Below, in pieces: positions 1 to 7,295 of a DNA stretch of 12,906 nt (its first letter is position 1; the number at the start of each line of letters is the position of its first letter). This DNA is from a virus (Duplodnaviria; Heunggongvirae; Uroviricota; Caudoviricetes): IMG/VR virus record IMGVR_UViG_2541047938_000002; one strand, 5' to 3'. A program made the position numbers and the translations under genes. Under the pieces are notes generated by a model. It searched no databases and had not been told where the DNA came from. It was given only the letters and a program-made list of their open reading frames with translations.

Positions 1-1053
1 TTACGGGGTAATGCCAACCGCTGCCGCCACTTTGTCGCCACTTGGCAGCGTTGCCAGAGGATTGAAACGGAGCGCCGTTTCCAGATGATCCGGTGCCAGA
101 TGTGCGTAACGCATAGTCATTTTTATATCGTGGTGTCCGAGAATTTTTTGTAAGGCCAGAATGTTTCCACCCGACATCATGAAGTGCGCCGCAAACGTAT
201 GGCGCAGAACGTGTGTGAGTTGACCGCGAGGGAGCACGATAGACGTTTTTTCCATCACGGATAAAAATTGAAAATAGCAGTCTGTGAAGAAATTGAACCC
301 ATCAAGCGCCATGATCTCTTCGTAAAGCTCTTTACTGATAGGGATGCTTCTGTTTTTCTTCCCCTTCGTTCTTACAAAGGTAATTCGGTATTTGGTCACC
401 TGTGAACGAGTAAGATTTACGGCTTCTCGCCAGCGTGCGCCTGTGCTTAAGCATATCTTAACTACCAGTGCCAGAATTGGGTCCTGACGTTTGCAATCAG
501 CCAGTAATTCAACAATCTGCTCATGGGTAAGCCATGCCATCTCTTTTTCTGCGATGGTGAATTTTCGCATGTTCTCCAGTGGGTTCGGATACGACCATTC
601 GCCCAGGCGGGATAGTTCGCTAAAAACACTACTTAGATAGCTTTGCTCCAGGTTAATGGTGACCGGGCTTGCTCCTTTCTTCCATTTCTCGCTGAAGTAG
701 ATCTCACCTGTCAGGCGTTTATCTCGATAGTGGGCAAACATTTTAGAGGTTAGATCAGTTGCAAGGGGATTGCCCAGAGCGTCAACCATCAGCAGCAATT
801 TGTCATAGACATGCTGCCCAGCAGTCAGTGATTTACCATGTAGTTTGAACCATAGCTCAACCACGTCTTTCAGTGTTCGACGATCCACTGATTCACCTAG
901 CCAGGGCTTTGCTTCGGTTTCTTCCATCGTGTGACGCTCAAAAGCCAGTGCTTCGCCTTTGGTGGCGAATTGTTTACGCACACGACGCCCACTACGTCCG
1001 GCGGGGTAACATTCGCAAAGCCATTTTCCTGTGGTGAGTTTTCGTACAGCCAT
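1..1053 (-). CDS. int: Tyrosine integrase, P2/186 family (350 aa)
   Basis: Track ORF 1..1131(-). Best start is ATG 1053-1051, preceded by GGAGGG (1067-1062); the upstream 26 codons of the track ORF have no support. Tyrosine-recombinase signatures are present (GARWREA, LRHTFAAHF, MTMRYAHL) and the N-terminus MAVRKLTTGKW resembles P2 Int. The stop codon is bases 3-1, so the CDS ends at the window edge. Confidence 0.9.
   Translation of the reverse strand: MAVRKLTTGKWLCECYPAGRSGRRVRKQFATKGEALAFERHTMEETEAKPWLGESVDRRTLKDVVELWFKLHGKSLTAGQHVYDKLLLMVDALGNPLATDLTSKMFAHYRDKRLTGEIYFSEKWKKGASPVTINLEQSYLSSVFSELSRLGEWSYPNPLENMRKFTIAEKEMAWLTHEQIVELLADCKRQDPILALVVKICLSTGARWREAVNLTRSQVTKYRITFVRTKGKKNRSIPISKELYEEIMALDGFNFFTDCYFQFLSVMEKTSIVLPRGQLTHVLRHTFAAHFMMSGGNILALQKILGHHDIKMTMRYAHLAPDHLETALRFNPLATLPSGDKVAAAVGITP
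19..40. repeat. Candidate attL core (left copy of direct repeat CGCTGCCGCCAYTTTGTCGCCA)
   Basis: 22-bp stretch inside the 3' end of int, identical at 21/22 positions to 10052-10073 immediately after the ogr stop (C at 30 versus T at 10063). The positions match the P2 ogr-attP-int topology. Confidence 0.55.
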
Positions 1054-1078
1054 AAAAAATGCCCTCCAATAGAGAGCA

Positions 1079-1106
1079 TTTTTACTGTATGTATAACCAG
1101 TGTCAA
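1079..1106 (-). promoter_or_regulatory. Candidate sigma70 promoter for int with an overlapping LexA-like SOS box
   Basis: On the minus strand: -35 TTGACA (1106-1101), 16-bp spacer, -10 TAAAAA (1084-1079), then the int RBS and ATG about 25 bp downstream. The plus-strand 20-mer TACTGTATGTATAACCAGTG (1083-1102) fits CTG-N10-CAG with an AT-rich spacer and sits in the promoter spacer. Confidence 0.4.
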
Positions 1107-1241
1107 TGTATGAAATCCTGCGACCATACATCTCACTGAAGCCATAATGAAGTAGGCTATTCTTTTTGCTATGTGATCATGTAACTTTTGCGGTTAACCT
1201 GTGGCTCATTTTTATTTTAGGCGCAGATATAAAAGCAAAAG

Positions 1242-1433
1242 TTATCGTGAGTTTTTAGTACAGATTTTTTTGGATTTACTAATAGTTCCATCATTGCAAA
1301 CGAATTTGCCATCAGAGGTACAGTGAGAAACACCTCCCTTTTTCCCTGAGCAGGGATAATTTCTAGCATAGGTAGCTAGTGGGTTTAATAACAAAGAACA
1401 TGACAAAACCACAAAAAATACCTTACCAAGCAT
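1242..1433 (-). CDS. Small secreted, cysteine-containing basic protein (63 aa), hypothetical; possible lysogenic-conversion moron
   Basis: ATG 1433-1431 with SD GGGAGG 5 nt upstream, starting 18 nt after the cI stop. N-terminal signal-peptide-like segment [23 protein letters not shown]; predicted mature part about 40 aa with 4 Cys and many Lys. AT-rich by eye. Confidence 0.55.
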   Translation of the reverse strand: MLGKVFFVVLSCSLLLNPLATYARNYPCSGKKGGVSHCTSDGKFVCNDGTISKSKKICTKNSR

Positions 1434-1448
1434 AATTTCCTCCCGGTA

Positions 1449-2018
1449 CTATTTAACATACTTGACTGTTAAACTTATAATTTTACCAATTATTTCAATG
1501 TCTTCTATCTTACATTCAAAGGCTCTGTTTCCACCCTCGACGAAGATTCTTCCACCGGGTAAACGAGTAATGTCACGGATCGTTATTTCGCCATCAATAC
1601 TTATTACCCATTTACCATCACGTATATCATCAAATTCCTTATCACAAATAAATTCAGAATTATTATCTGTGATTACAAAAAGATTCTTGAATGCCGACGG
1701 TAGAAATTCTCTATCGAAAATATAAAAACCGTCTTCACACAAGGCCCCATCAGATAATACATATTTAGCAACTTCCATAGTATTTGTATTACCTGAAGTT
1801 TGCTTTGAACCATGCCCGGTTGTGAGCCAATTAAGCGAGGTGCCTGTTTCAAGGGCGCACTGGATTACCCATTCTGCTGGGAATGAGTCACGCATGTAGC
1901 GTGTGGCGAGTGTACTTTTAGAGATTCCTAAATGATCGCACAACGCCTGTCGAGTCTTGAATCCATAAGCTTCTACCATGCGCTCTATGGCGCCTCGTCC
2001 GCCTTTCTCCAAATTCAT
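1449..2018 (-). CDS. cI: CI immunity repressor, phage 186 type (189 aa)
   Basis: Track ORF 1449..2024(-); preferred start ATG 2018-2016 with GGAG 5 nt upstream. N-terminal HTH-like region (GFKTRQALCDHLGISKSTLATRYMR) and overall resemblance to 186 CI. Divergent from the apl-cII operon, as in 186. Confidence 0.85.
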   Translation of the reverse strand: MNLEKGGRGAIERMVEAYGFKTRQALCDHLGISKSTLATRYMRDSFPAEWVIQCALETGTSLNWLTTGHGSKQTSGNTNTMEVAKYVLSDGALCEDGFYIFDREFLPSAFKNLFVITDNNSEFICDKEFDDIRDGKWVISIDGEITIRDITRLPGGRIFVEGGNRAFECKIEDIEIIGKIISLTVKYVK

Positions 2019-2029
2019 GGTCACTCCAA

Positions 2030-2083
2030 GTGAACTTTTATCTTGACGATTTCACCGTGCGATCGTATGTTTATGGTGTTCAC
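2030..2083 (+). promoter_or_regulatory. Candidate early rightward promoter (pR-like) flanked by an inverted repeat, possible CI operator half-sites
   Basis: -35 TTGACG (2043-2048), 17-bp spacer, -10 TATGTT (2066-2071) upstream of apl. GTGAAC (2030-2035) and GTTCAC (2078-2083) form an inverted repeat bracketing the promoter. Operator assignment is inference. Confidence 0.35.
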
Positions 2084-2143
2084 AAAATACAAACGATCCG
2101 TATTCGTCCTGATTAATCATCATTAAACGAGGAATGTTGCATC

Positions 2144-2365
2144 ATGAGACCTAACATTTCAATCACTCTTACCACGCCTCATGTGACTATTGAACGCTAT
2201 AGCGAGCTGACAGGGCTATCCATCGATACCATCAATGACATGTTGGCTGATGGACGCCTTATCCGTCACCGTCTGCGCAAAGATAAAAAACGCGAAAAAG
2301 TGATGATCAACATAGCAGCAATGACCGTTGATGCGCTTTCAGAATGCAATCTAAACCTTAATTAG
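2144..2365 (+). CDS. apl: Apl/Cox-family excisionase and transcriptional regulator (73 aa)
   Basis: First gene of the rightward operon, divergent from cI. HTH-like segment [25 protein letters not shown]; GAGG about 11 nt upstream of the ATG. Assigned by position and size. Confidence 0.6.
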   Translation: MRPNISITLTTPHVTIERYSELTGLSIDTINDMLADGRLIRHRLRKDKKREKVMINIAAMTVDALSECNLNLN

Positions 2366-2397
2366 TTCGATTCTGAAATACATCAGAGGCATTGACC

Positions 2398-2907
2398 ATG
2401 TTTGATTACCAAGTTTCCAAACATCCACATTTTGATGAAGCCTGTCGTGCATTTGCACTGCGCCACAATCTGGTGCAACTGGCAGAACGTGCAGGCATGA
2501 ATGTGCAGATTCTGCGGAACAAGCTGAACCCAGCTCAGCCTCATTTATTAACCGCACCAGAAATCTGGCTGCTTACCGATCTGACTGAAGATTCAACGCT
2601 GGTAGATGGTTTTCTGGCACAGATTCATTGTCTGCCATGTGTACCGATTAATGAGGTGGCAAAAGAGAAACTGCCACATTACGTCATGAGTGCAACCGCA
2701 GAGATCGGGCGTGTTGCTGCAGGTGCGGTGTCTGGCGATGTAAAAACCTGTGCCGGTCGTCGTGATGCTATCAGCAGCATTAACTCTGTAACACGACTGA
2801 TGGCGCTGGCGGCTGTTTCATTGCAGGCCCGTTTACAGGCTAATCCTGCGATGGCGAGTGCAGTTGATACCGTGACTGGCCTCGGTGCTTCATTTGGTTT
2901 GCTGTGA
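2398..2907 (+). CDS. cII: CII lysogeny-establishment activator, 186 type (169 aa)
   Basis: Track ORF 2392..2907; ATG 2398 with AGAGG 8 nt upstream. [19 protein letters not shown]... closely resembles 186 CII as I recall it. Confidence 0.85.
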   Translation: MFDYQVSKHPHFDEACRAFALRHNLVQLAERAGMNVQILRNKLNPAQPHLLTAPEIWLLTDLTEDSTLVDGFLAQIHCLPCVPINEVAKEKLPHYVMSATAEIGRVAAGAVSGDVKTCAGRRDAISSINSVTRLMALAAVSLQARLQANPAMASAVDTVTGLGASFGLL

Positions 2908-2914
2908 GGTGCTT

Positions 2915-3115
2915 ATGCTGACGAAAGAACCATCATTTGCATCGCTGCTGGTTAAACAAAGCCCGGCAATGCATTACGGTCACGGCTGGATCATGGGGGA
3001 GGATGGTAAACGCTGGCATCCGTGCCGTTCACAAGATGAATTGCTGGCAGAACTATCTACGAAAAAACGGGGGAACAAATGGCTATTGAAGGCACTGCGG
3101 CGACTGTTCCATTAA
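2915..3115 (+). CDS. Hypothetical small early protein (66 aa)
   Basis: ATG 2915 with GAGG 5 nt upstream, overlapping the cII stop. Sits where 186 carries small early genes; no family recognised from sequence. Confidence 0.45.
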   Translation: MLTKEPSFASLLVKQSPAMHYGHGWIMGEDGKRWHPCRSQDELLAELSTKKRGNKWLLKALRRLFH

Positions 3116-3420
3116 GCCCCGGTGAACGCCTGAATGGACTTAATCACATTGCGGAGTTAAGGGCGAAAGTTTTTGGCCTGAATATTGAGTCAGAGCTTGA
3201 GCGGTTTATTAAAGATATGCGTGATTCACGGGATATTAATAGCGAACAAAATAAACGGGCACTGGCTGCCATATTCTTTATGGCAAAAATTCCAGCTGAA
3301 CGTCATAGCATCAGCATTAATGAGCTGACCACTGACGAAAAGCGGGAGTTGATTAAAGCAATGAATCATTTTCGTGCAGTGGTGAGCTTATTTCCCAGAC
3401 GGCTAACCATGCCGAATTAA
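3079..3420 (+). CDS. Hypothetical early protein (113 aa)
   Basis: ATG 3079 with GGGGGA SD; overlaps the preceding ORF by 37 nt in another frame. No family recognised. Confidence 0.5.
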   Translation: MAIEGTAATVPLSPGERLNGLNHIAELRAKVFGLNIESELERFIKDMRDSRDINSEQNKRALAAIFFMAKIPAERHSISINELTTDEKRELIKAMNHFRAVVSLFPRRLTMPN

Positions 3421-3487
3421 CCAACTAATGAAATTAATGGCGTAAACCCGCCGGGCATCCCTTTATCTAAATTCAGGAGAATTGATT

Positions 3488-3721
3488 ATGCGTAATATTG
3501 AAACCCTCTCGACCAAAACCGGACCGGATGACGCAGGGCTTAATATTTTACTGACAGAGGCTCGTCTGGAAGAACGCCGGGCAAGGGCTGAAGCAATGGC
3601 AGCTCGCCTTGATAGCCTGGCGTGTCATATCACATCCCGCCAGCTAACCCACGTCGAAGCGGCAGAACTGCTTCGTGTGACTGCTGAAGCAATCCAGAAC
3701 GAAGCGCAGGAGATCCACTAA
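3488..3721 (+). CDS. Hypothetical early protein (77 aa)
   Basis: ATG 3488 with AGGAGA 7 nt upstream (the track begins at TTG 3482). Its stop overlaps the next start (TAATG). Confidence 0.55.
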   Translation: MRNIETLSTKTGPDDAGLNILLTEARLEERRARAEAMAARLDSLACHITSRQLTHVEAAELLRVTAEAIQNEAQEIH

Positions 3722-3948
3722 TGGCTGATGCAATGGATCTCGTACAGCAGCGCGTTGAAGAAGAACGCCAACGCCATATCCGTGCTGCCCGTGCCAAAAC
3801 GCCGGGCGTGTCCCGCGTGCTTTGCATTGAGTGTGAAGCGCCAATTCCGCCAGCACGCCGCCGTGCCATTCCGGGTGTGCAGCTTTGCATTACCTGTCAG
3901 GAAATCGCAGAGCTGAAAGGCAAACATTACAACGGAGGTGCTGTATGA
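3721..3948 (+). CDS. TraR/DksA-family C4 zinc-finger protein (75 aa)
   Basis: C-x2-C-x17-C-x2-C motif (CIECEAPIPPARRRAIPGVQLCITC); start and stop coupled to neighbouring genes. Common in P2-family early operons. Confidence 0.75.
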   Translation: MADAMDLVQQRVEEERQRHIRAARAKTPGVSRVLCIECEAPIPPARRRAIPGVQLCITCQEIAELKGKHYNGGAV

Positions 3949-4802
3949 GCACCATCCTGAAATGGGCGGGAAATAAAACTGCCATAATGTCCGAACTGAA
4001 AAAACATCTTCCTGCTGGCCCGCGACTGGTTGAACCTTTCGCGGGTTCCTGTGCTGTGATGATGGAGACGGATTATCCCAGCTATCTGGTTGCGGATATT
4101 AATCCTGATTTAATCAACCTCTATAAAAAGGTTGCCGCTGATTGTGAATCGTTTATATCTCGCGCCAGAGTTTTATTTGAGAACGCAAACAGGGAGGTGG
4201 CTTATTACAACATAAGGCAGGAGTTTAATTACTCAACTGAAATTACTGATTTCATGAAAGCGGTATATTTCCTGTATCTCAATCGTCACGGTTACCGTGG
4301 TTTATGTCGCTATAACAAGAGCGGGCATTTCAACATTCCCTACGGTAATTATAAAAATCCGTATTTCCCTGAAAAAGAAATTCGCGCATTTGCAGAAAAG
4401 GCCCAGCGAGCAACGTTTATCTGCGCCAGCTTTGATGAAACGCTGGCGATGTTGAAGGCGGGGGATGTGGTGTATTGCGATCCGCCGTATGACGGTACGT
4501 TTTCCGGCTATCACACTGACGGCTTCACTGAAGATGACCAGTATCACCTGGCATCTGTTCTTGAACATCGGTCATCAGAAGGACATCCGGTCATTGTTTC
4601 TAACAGTGACACATCCCTGATCCGTTCGCTGTATCGCAATTTTACTCACCACTACATCAAGGCAAAACGCAGCATCGGTGTGGCAGCTGGCGAGGGTAAA
4701 TCAGCAACAGAAATCATTGCTGTTTCCGGGCCGCGCTGCTGGGTGGGATTTGATTATTCGCGTGGCGTGGATAGTTCTGCCGTGTACGGAGTACGTGCAT
4801 GA
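3945..4802 (+). CDS. dam: DNA adenine methyltransferase, Dam family (285 aa)
   Basis: Track ORF starts at 3885; preferred ATG 3945 ([11 protein letters not shown]) with GGAGG 6 nt upstream. Has the SAM-binding LKWAGNK motif and the catalytic DPPY motif; strong resemblance to E. coli Dam. Confidence 0.9.
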   Translation: MSTILKWAGNKTAIMSELKKHLPAGPRLVEPFAGSCAVMMETDYPSYLVADINPDLINLYKKVAADCESFISRARVLFENANREVAYYNIRQEFNYSTEITDFMKAVYFLYLNRHGYRGLCRYNKSGHFNIPYGNYKNPYFPEKEIRAFAEKAQRATFICASFDETLAMLKAGDVVYCDPPYDGTFSGYHTDGFTEDDQYHLASVLEHRSSEGHPVIVSNSDTSLIRSLYRNFTHHYIKAKRSIGVAAGEGKSATEIIAVSGPRCWVGFDYSRGVDSSAVYGVRA

Positions 4803-6223
4803 GTCATGCCGATATGAACAACTGCTGCGGCTTTAACGAAGCTGCCGCATCGTTCTCATGGAACAGCTCGAAAAAGGCCATTAACCCTTATCTGGACCCG
4901 GTGGAAGTTGCGCCGGTTTCTACGCTTTCAAACCTGATCACTCTGTACGCTGCCGATAACGAGCAGGAACAGCTGCGCCGTGAGGCGCTGAGTGATCAGG
5001 TCTGGGAGCGTTATTTCTTTAATGAATCCCGTGATCCTGTCCAGCGCGAAATGGAACAGGATAAGCTCATTAGTCGGGCAAAGCTGGCGCATGAGCAGCA
5101 GCGTTTTAATCCGGATATGGTCATTCTGGCGGACGTCAACGCCCAGCCTTCCCATATCAGCAAGCCGCTGATGCAACGTATTGAATACTTCAGCAGCCTG
5201 GGCAGGCCAAAGGCTTATTCCCGCTATTTACGTGAGACGATTAAGCCATGTCTGGAACGACTGGAGCATGTACGCGACAGTCAGCTATCTGCATCTTTTC
5301 GCTTTATGGCAAGCCATGAAGGGCTGGACGGCCTGCTGATCCTGCCTGAAATGAGTCAGGATCAGGTGAAACGCCTGTCCACCCTGGTAGCTGCGCATAT
5401 GAGTATGTGCCTTGATGCCGCTTGTGGCGATTTGTATGCCACCGATGACGTTAAGCCAGAAGAAATCCGCAATACATGGGAAAGGGTGGCAGCGGAAACC
5501 CTGCGTCTGGATGTCATCCCGCCTGCGTTTGAGCAACTCCGTCGGAAAAGAAACCGCCGTAAACCCGTGCCCTATGAACTCATTCCGGGTTCGCTGGCGC
5601 GTATGTTGTGCGCCGACTGGTGGTATCGGAAATTATGGAAGATGCGTTGCGAATGGCGGGAAGAGCAGTTGCGTGCTGTCTGCCTTGTCAGCAAAAAAGC
5701 ATCTCCCTATGTCAGCTATGAAGCCGTGTTGCATAAACGTGAGCAGCGCCGTAAGTCGCTGGAGTTTTTCCGTTCTCATGAACTGGTGAACGAAGACGGC
5801 GACACGCTAGACATGGAGGATGTGGTAAACGCCAGCAGCAGCAACCCTGCGCATCGCCGCAATGAGATGATGGCCTGTGTTAAAGGTCTGGAGCTTATCG
5901 CGGAAATGCGCGGTGACTGCGCCGTTTTCTACACCATCACCTGTCCGTCACGTTTCCATTCCACGCTAAATAACGGCAGGCCCAACCCGACCTGGACAAA
6001 TGCGACGGTAAGACAAAGCAGCGATTATCTGGTCGGTATGTTTGCTGCATTTCGTAAGGCGATGCACAAAGCCGGGTTGCGCTGGTATGGCGTGCGGGTG
6101 TCAGTGTGGTGTTCATGGCACAAACCTACAGCCTTGAATGAAGGCTTTCCCCGCCTGCGGTTTGTGTGGTTGTCGGTACAAATACCGCGCATTGTTTCAC
6201 TGCCCCCATCACCGCAACCATAA
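4799..6223 (+). pseudogene. A: Replication initiation endonuclease A (P2 gpA / 186 A family), apparently truncated with a non-homologous tail
   Basis: ATG 4799 overlaps the dam stop (ATGA), GGAG upstream. Resembles the N-terminal ~430 aa of P2-family A (…ITCPSRFH…RWYGVRV). After about 6100 the frame runs 41 unrelated codons to a stop at 6223, and the HUH region I expect next (…EPHHDGT.HWH…) is absent. Confidence 0.65.
6105..6180 (+). promoter_or_regulatory. Late-promoter region with two TGT-N12-ACA (Ogr/Delta-type) activator boxes upstream of O
   Basis: TGT(6105-6107)-N12-ACA(6120-6122) and TGT(6163-6165)-N12-ACA(6178-6180). The second box is centred about 88 bp upstream of the O start codon, consistent with a -55 activator site for a start site near 6226. 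Confidence 0.45.
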
Positions 6224-6258
6224 GGCTCCAGTAAGTTTTTTCTAACGGAGCACGGCTC

Positions 6259-7086
6259 ATGACAGTGAAAGCAAAGCGTTTTCGCATCGGGGTGGAAGGT
6301 GCCACCACCGACGGACGCGAAATCCAGCGTGAATGGCTGGAACAGATGGCAGCCAGCTACAACCCGGCGGTGTATACCGCGCTGATTAACCTTGAGCACA
6401 TCAAGTCTTATCTGCCGGACAGCACCTTTAACCGCTACGGCAAGGTGACGGCGCTGTTTGCTGAAGAAATCACGGAAGGTCCGCTGGCAGGCAAGATGGC
6501 GCTGTATGCCGACGTTGAGCCAACGGAGTCCCTGGTGGAACTGGTGAAAAAAGGCCAGAAATTATTCACCTCTATGGAAGTCAGCCCGAAGTTCGCTGAT
6601 ACGGGCAAAGCCTACCTGGTCGGCCTGGCTGCTACTGATGACCCTGCCAGTCTGGGTACGGAAATGCTGACATTCAGCGCCAGTGCAGCCCATAACCCGC
6701 TGGCAAACCGCAAGCAGAATCCTGCCAATCTCTTTACCGCTGCAGAGGAAACGGTGATCGAACTGGAAGAAATCCAGGACGACAAACCGTCCCTGTTTGC
6801 CCGCGTCACGGCGCTGTTTACCAAAAAAGAGCAGTCCGATGACGCCCGGTTCTCTGATGTGCATAAGGCCGTGGAGCTGGTCGCCACTGAGCAGCAGAAC
6901 CTGAGTGCACGCACCGAAAAATCCCTGTCTGAGCAGGAAGAACGCCTGTCTGAGCTGGAGACTGCCCTGCAGGCACAGCAAACCGCCTTTAACGAACTGG
7001 TGGACAAGCTGAGTCATGAAGACAGTCGCCAGGACTACCGCCAGCGTGCAACAGGCGGTACCTGCATTTTCATAAATACTTTTTAG
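6259..7086 (+). CDS. O: Capsid scaffold protein gpO (275 aa), C-terminal ~9 residues replaced at a deletion junction
   Basis: ATG 6259 with GGAG 8 nt upstream. FRIGVEG…DGR…INLEH…SMEV.P.FA.TGK.YLVGLAATDDPASLGTE… resembles P2 gpO. Similarity is lost after …ATGG (about 7059) and the frame ends TCIFINTF. Confidence 0.8.
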   Translation: MTVKAKRFRIGVEGATTDGREIQREWLEQMAASYNPAVYTALINLEHIKSYLPDSTFNRYGKVTALFAEEITEGPLAGKMALYADVEPTESLVELVKKGQKLFTSMEVSPKFADTGKAYLVGLAATDDPASLGTEMLTFSASAAHNPLANRKQNPANLFTAAEETVIELEEIQDDKPSLFARVTALFTKKEQSDDARFSDVHKAVELVATEQQNLSARTEKSLSEQEERLSELETALQAQQTAFNELVDKLSHEDSRQDYRQRATGGTCIFINTF

Positions 7087-7295
7087 CTCATCAGCGTAGA
7101 ACGCATTTTCTTTTGCAGAATAAAACATATTAATCACCATCCAATCGCGAAAACTCTAAAGCCACCGTAGCCAGCACATGTAATTTGAGTTTTTGTCATA
7201 CCAGTGTAATACGTTCTACCAACAGCCAAATTATATGCAGTTGTAGAACTCAAATCAGCAGCCCCAGTTGATACATCACTAAATAACGGAATCAT
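7060..7295 (-). pseudogene. Remnant of a tail-fibre gene 3' end plus the 5' end of a tail-fibre assembly (Tfa) gene, inverted relative to the other late genes
   Basis: Minus-strand ORF 7295..7134 (…AGYGGFRVFAIGW*) whose TGA overlaps ATG 7140 of a second reading frame, MVINMFYSAKENAFYADELKSIYENAG, in the ATGGTGA arrangement typical of fibre/tfa pairs. That N-terminus matches the conserved start of Tfa proteins as I recall it. The frame becomes antisense O after about 26 codons. Confidence 0.5.

Noticed and set aside
1054-1131. N-terminal 26-codon extension of the int ORF in the track
   Set aside because: No RBS, whereas ATG 1053 has a GGAGGG SD and matches the conserved Int N-terminus; the extension overlaps the int promoter and LexA-like box.
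897-1725. Short ORFs antisense to or out of frame with int and cI (897..1145, 931..1113, 1462..1725)
   Set aside because: Embedded in confidently assigned genes; no RBS or motifs.
3630-3927. Minus-strand ORFs and an alternate plus-frame ORF overlapping the TraR-like gene
   Set aside because: Overlap a motif-supported zinc-finger CDS; Arg/Ala-rich translations typical of GC-rich antisense frames.
3885-3944. N-terminal extension of the Dam ORF (MHYLSGNRRAE…)
   Set aside because: It lies inside the TraR-like gene in another frame; ATG 3945 has a GGAGG SD and gives the canonical Dam N-terminus.
4302-6399. Minus-strand and off-frame ORFs inside dam and A
   Set aside because: Contained within motif-supported genes; no start-site support.
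7057-7062. GGTACC (KpnI site) exactly at the O/tfa junction, which could suggest an engineered join
   Set aside because: A single 6-bp site is expected by chance many times in 13 kb; nothing else looks like vector sequence.
6562-7140. 192-aa minus-strand ORF
   Set aside because: Only its first ~26 codons (7140-7060) are Tfa-like; the rest is the antisense of gpO kept open by codon bias, so it is a chimeric artefact of the deletion junction.
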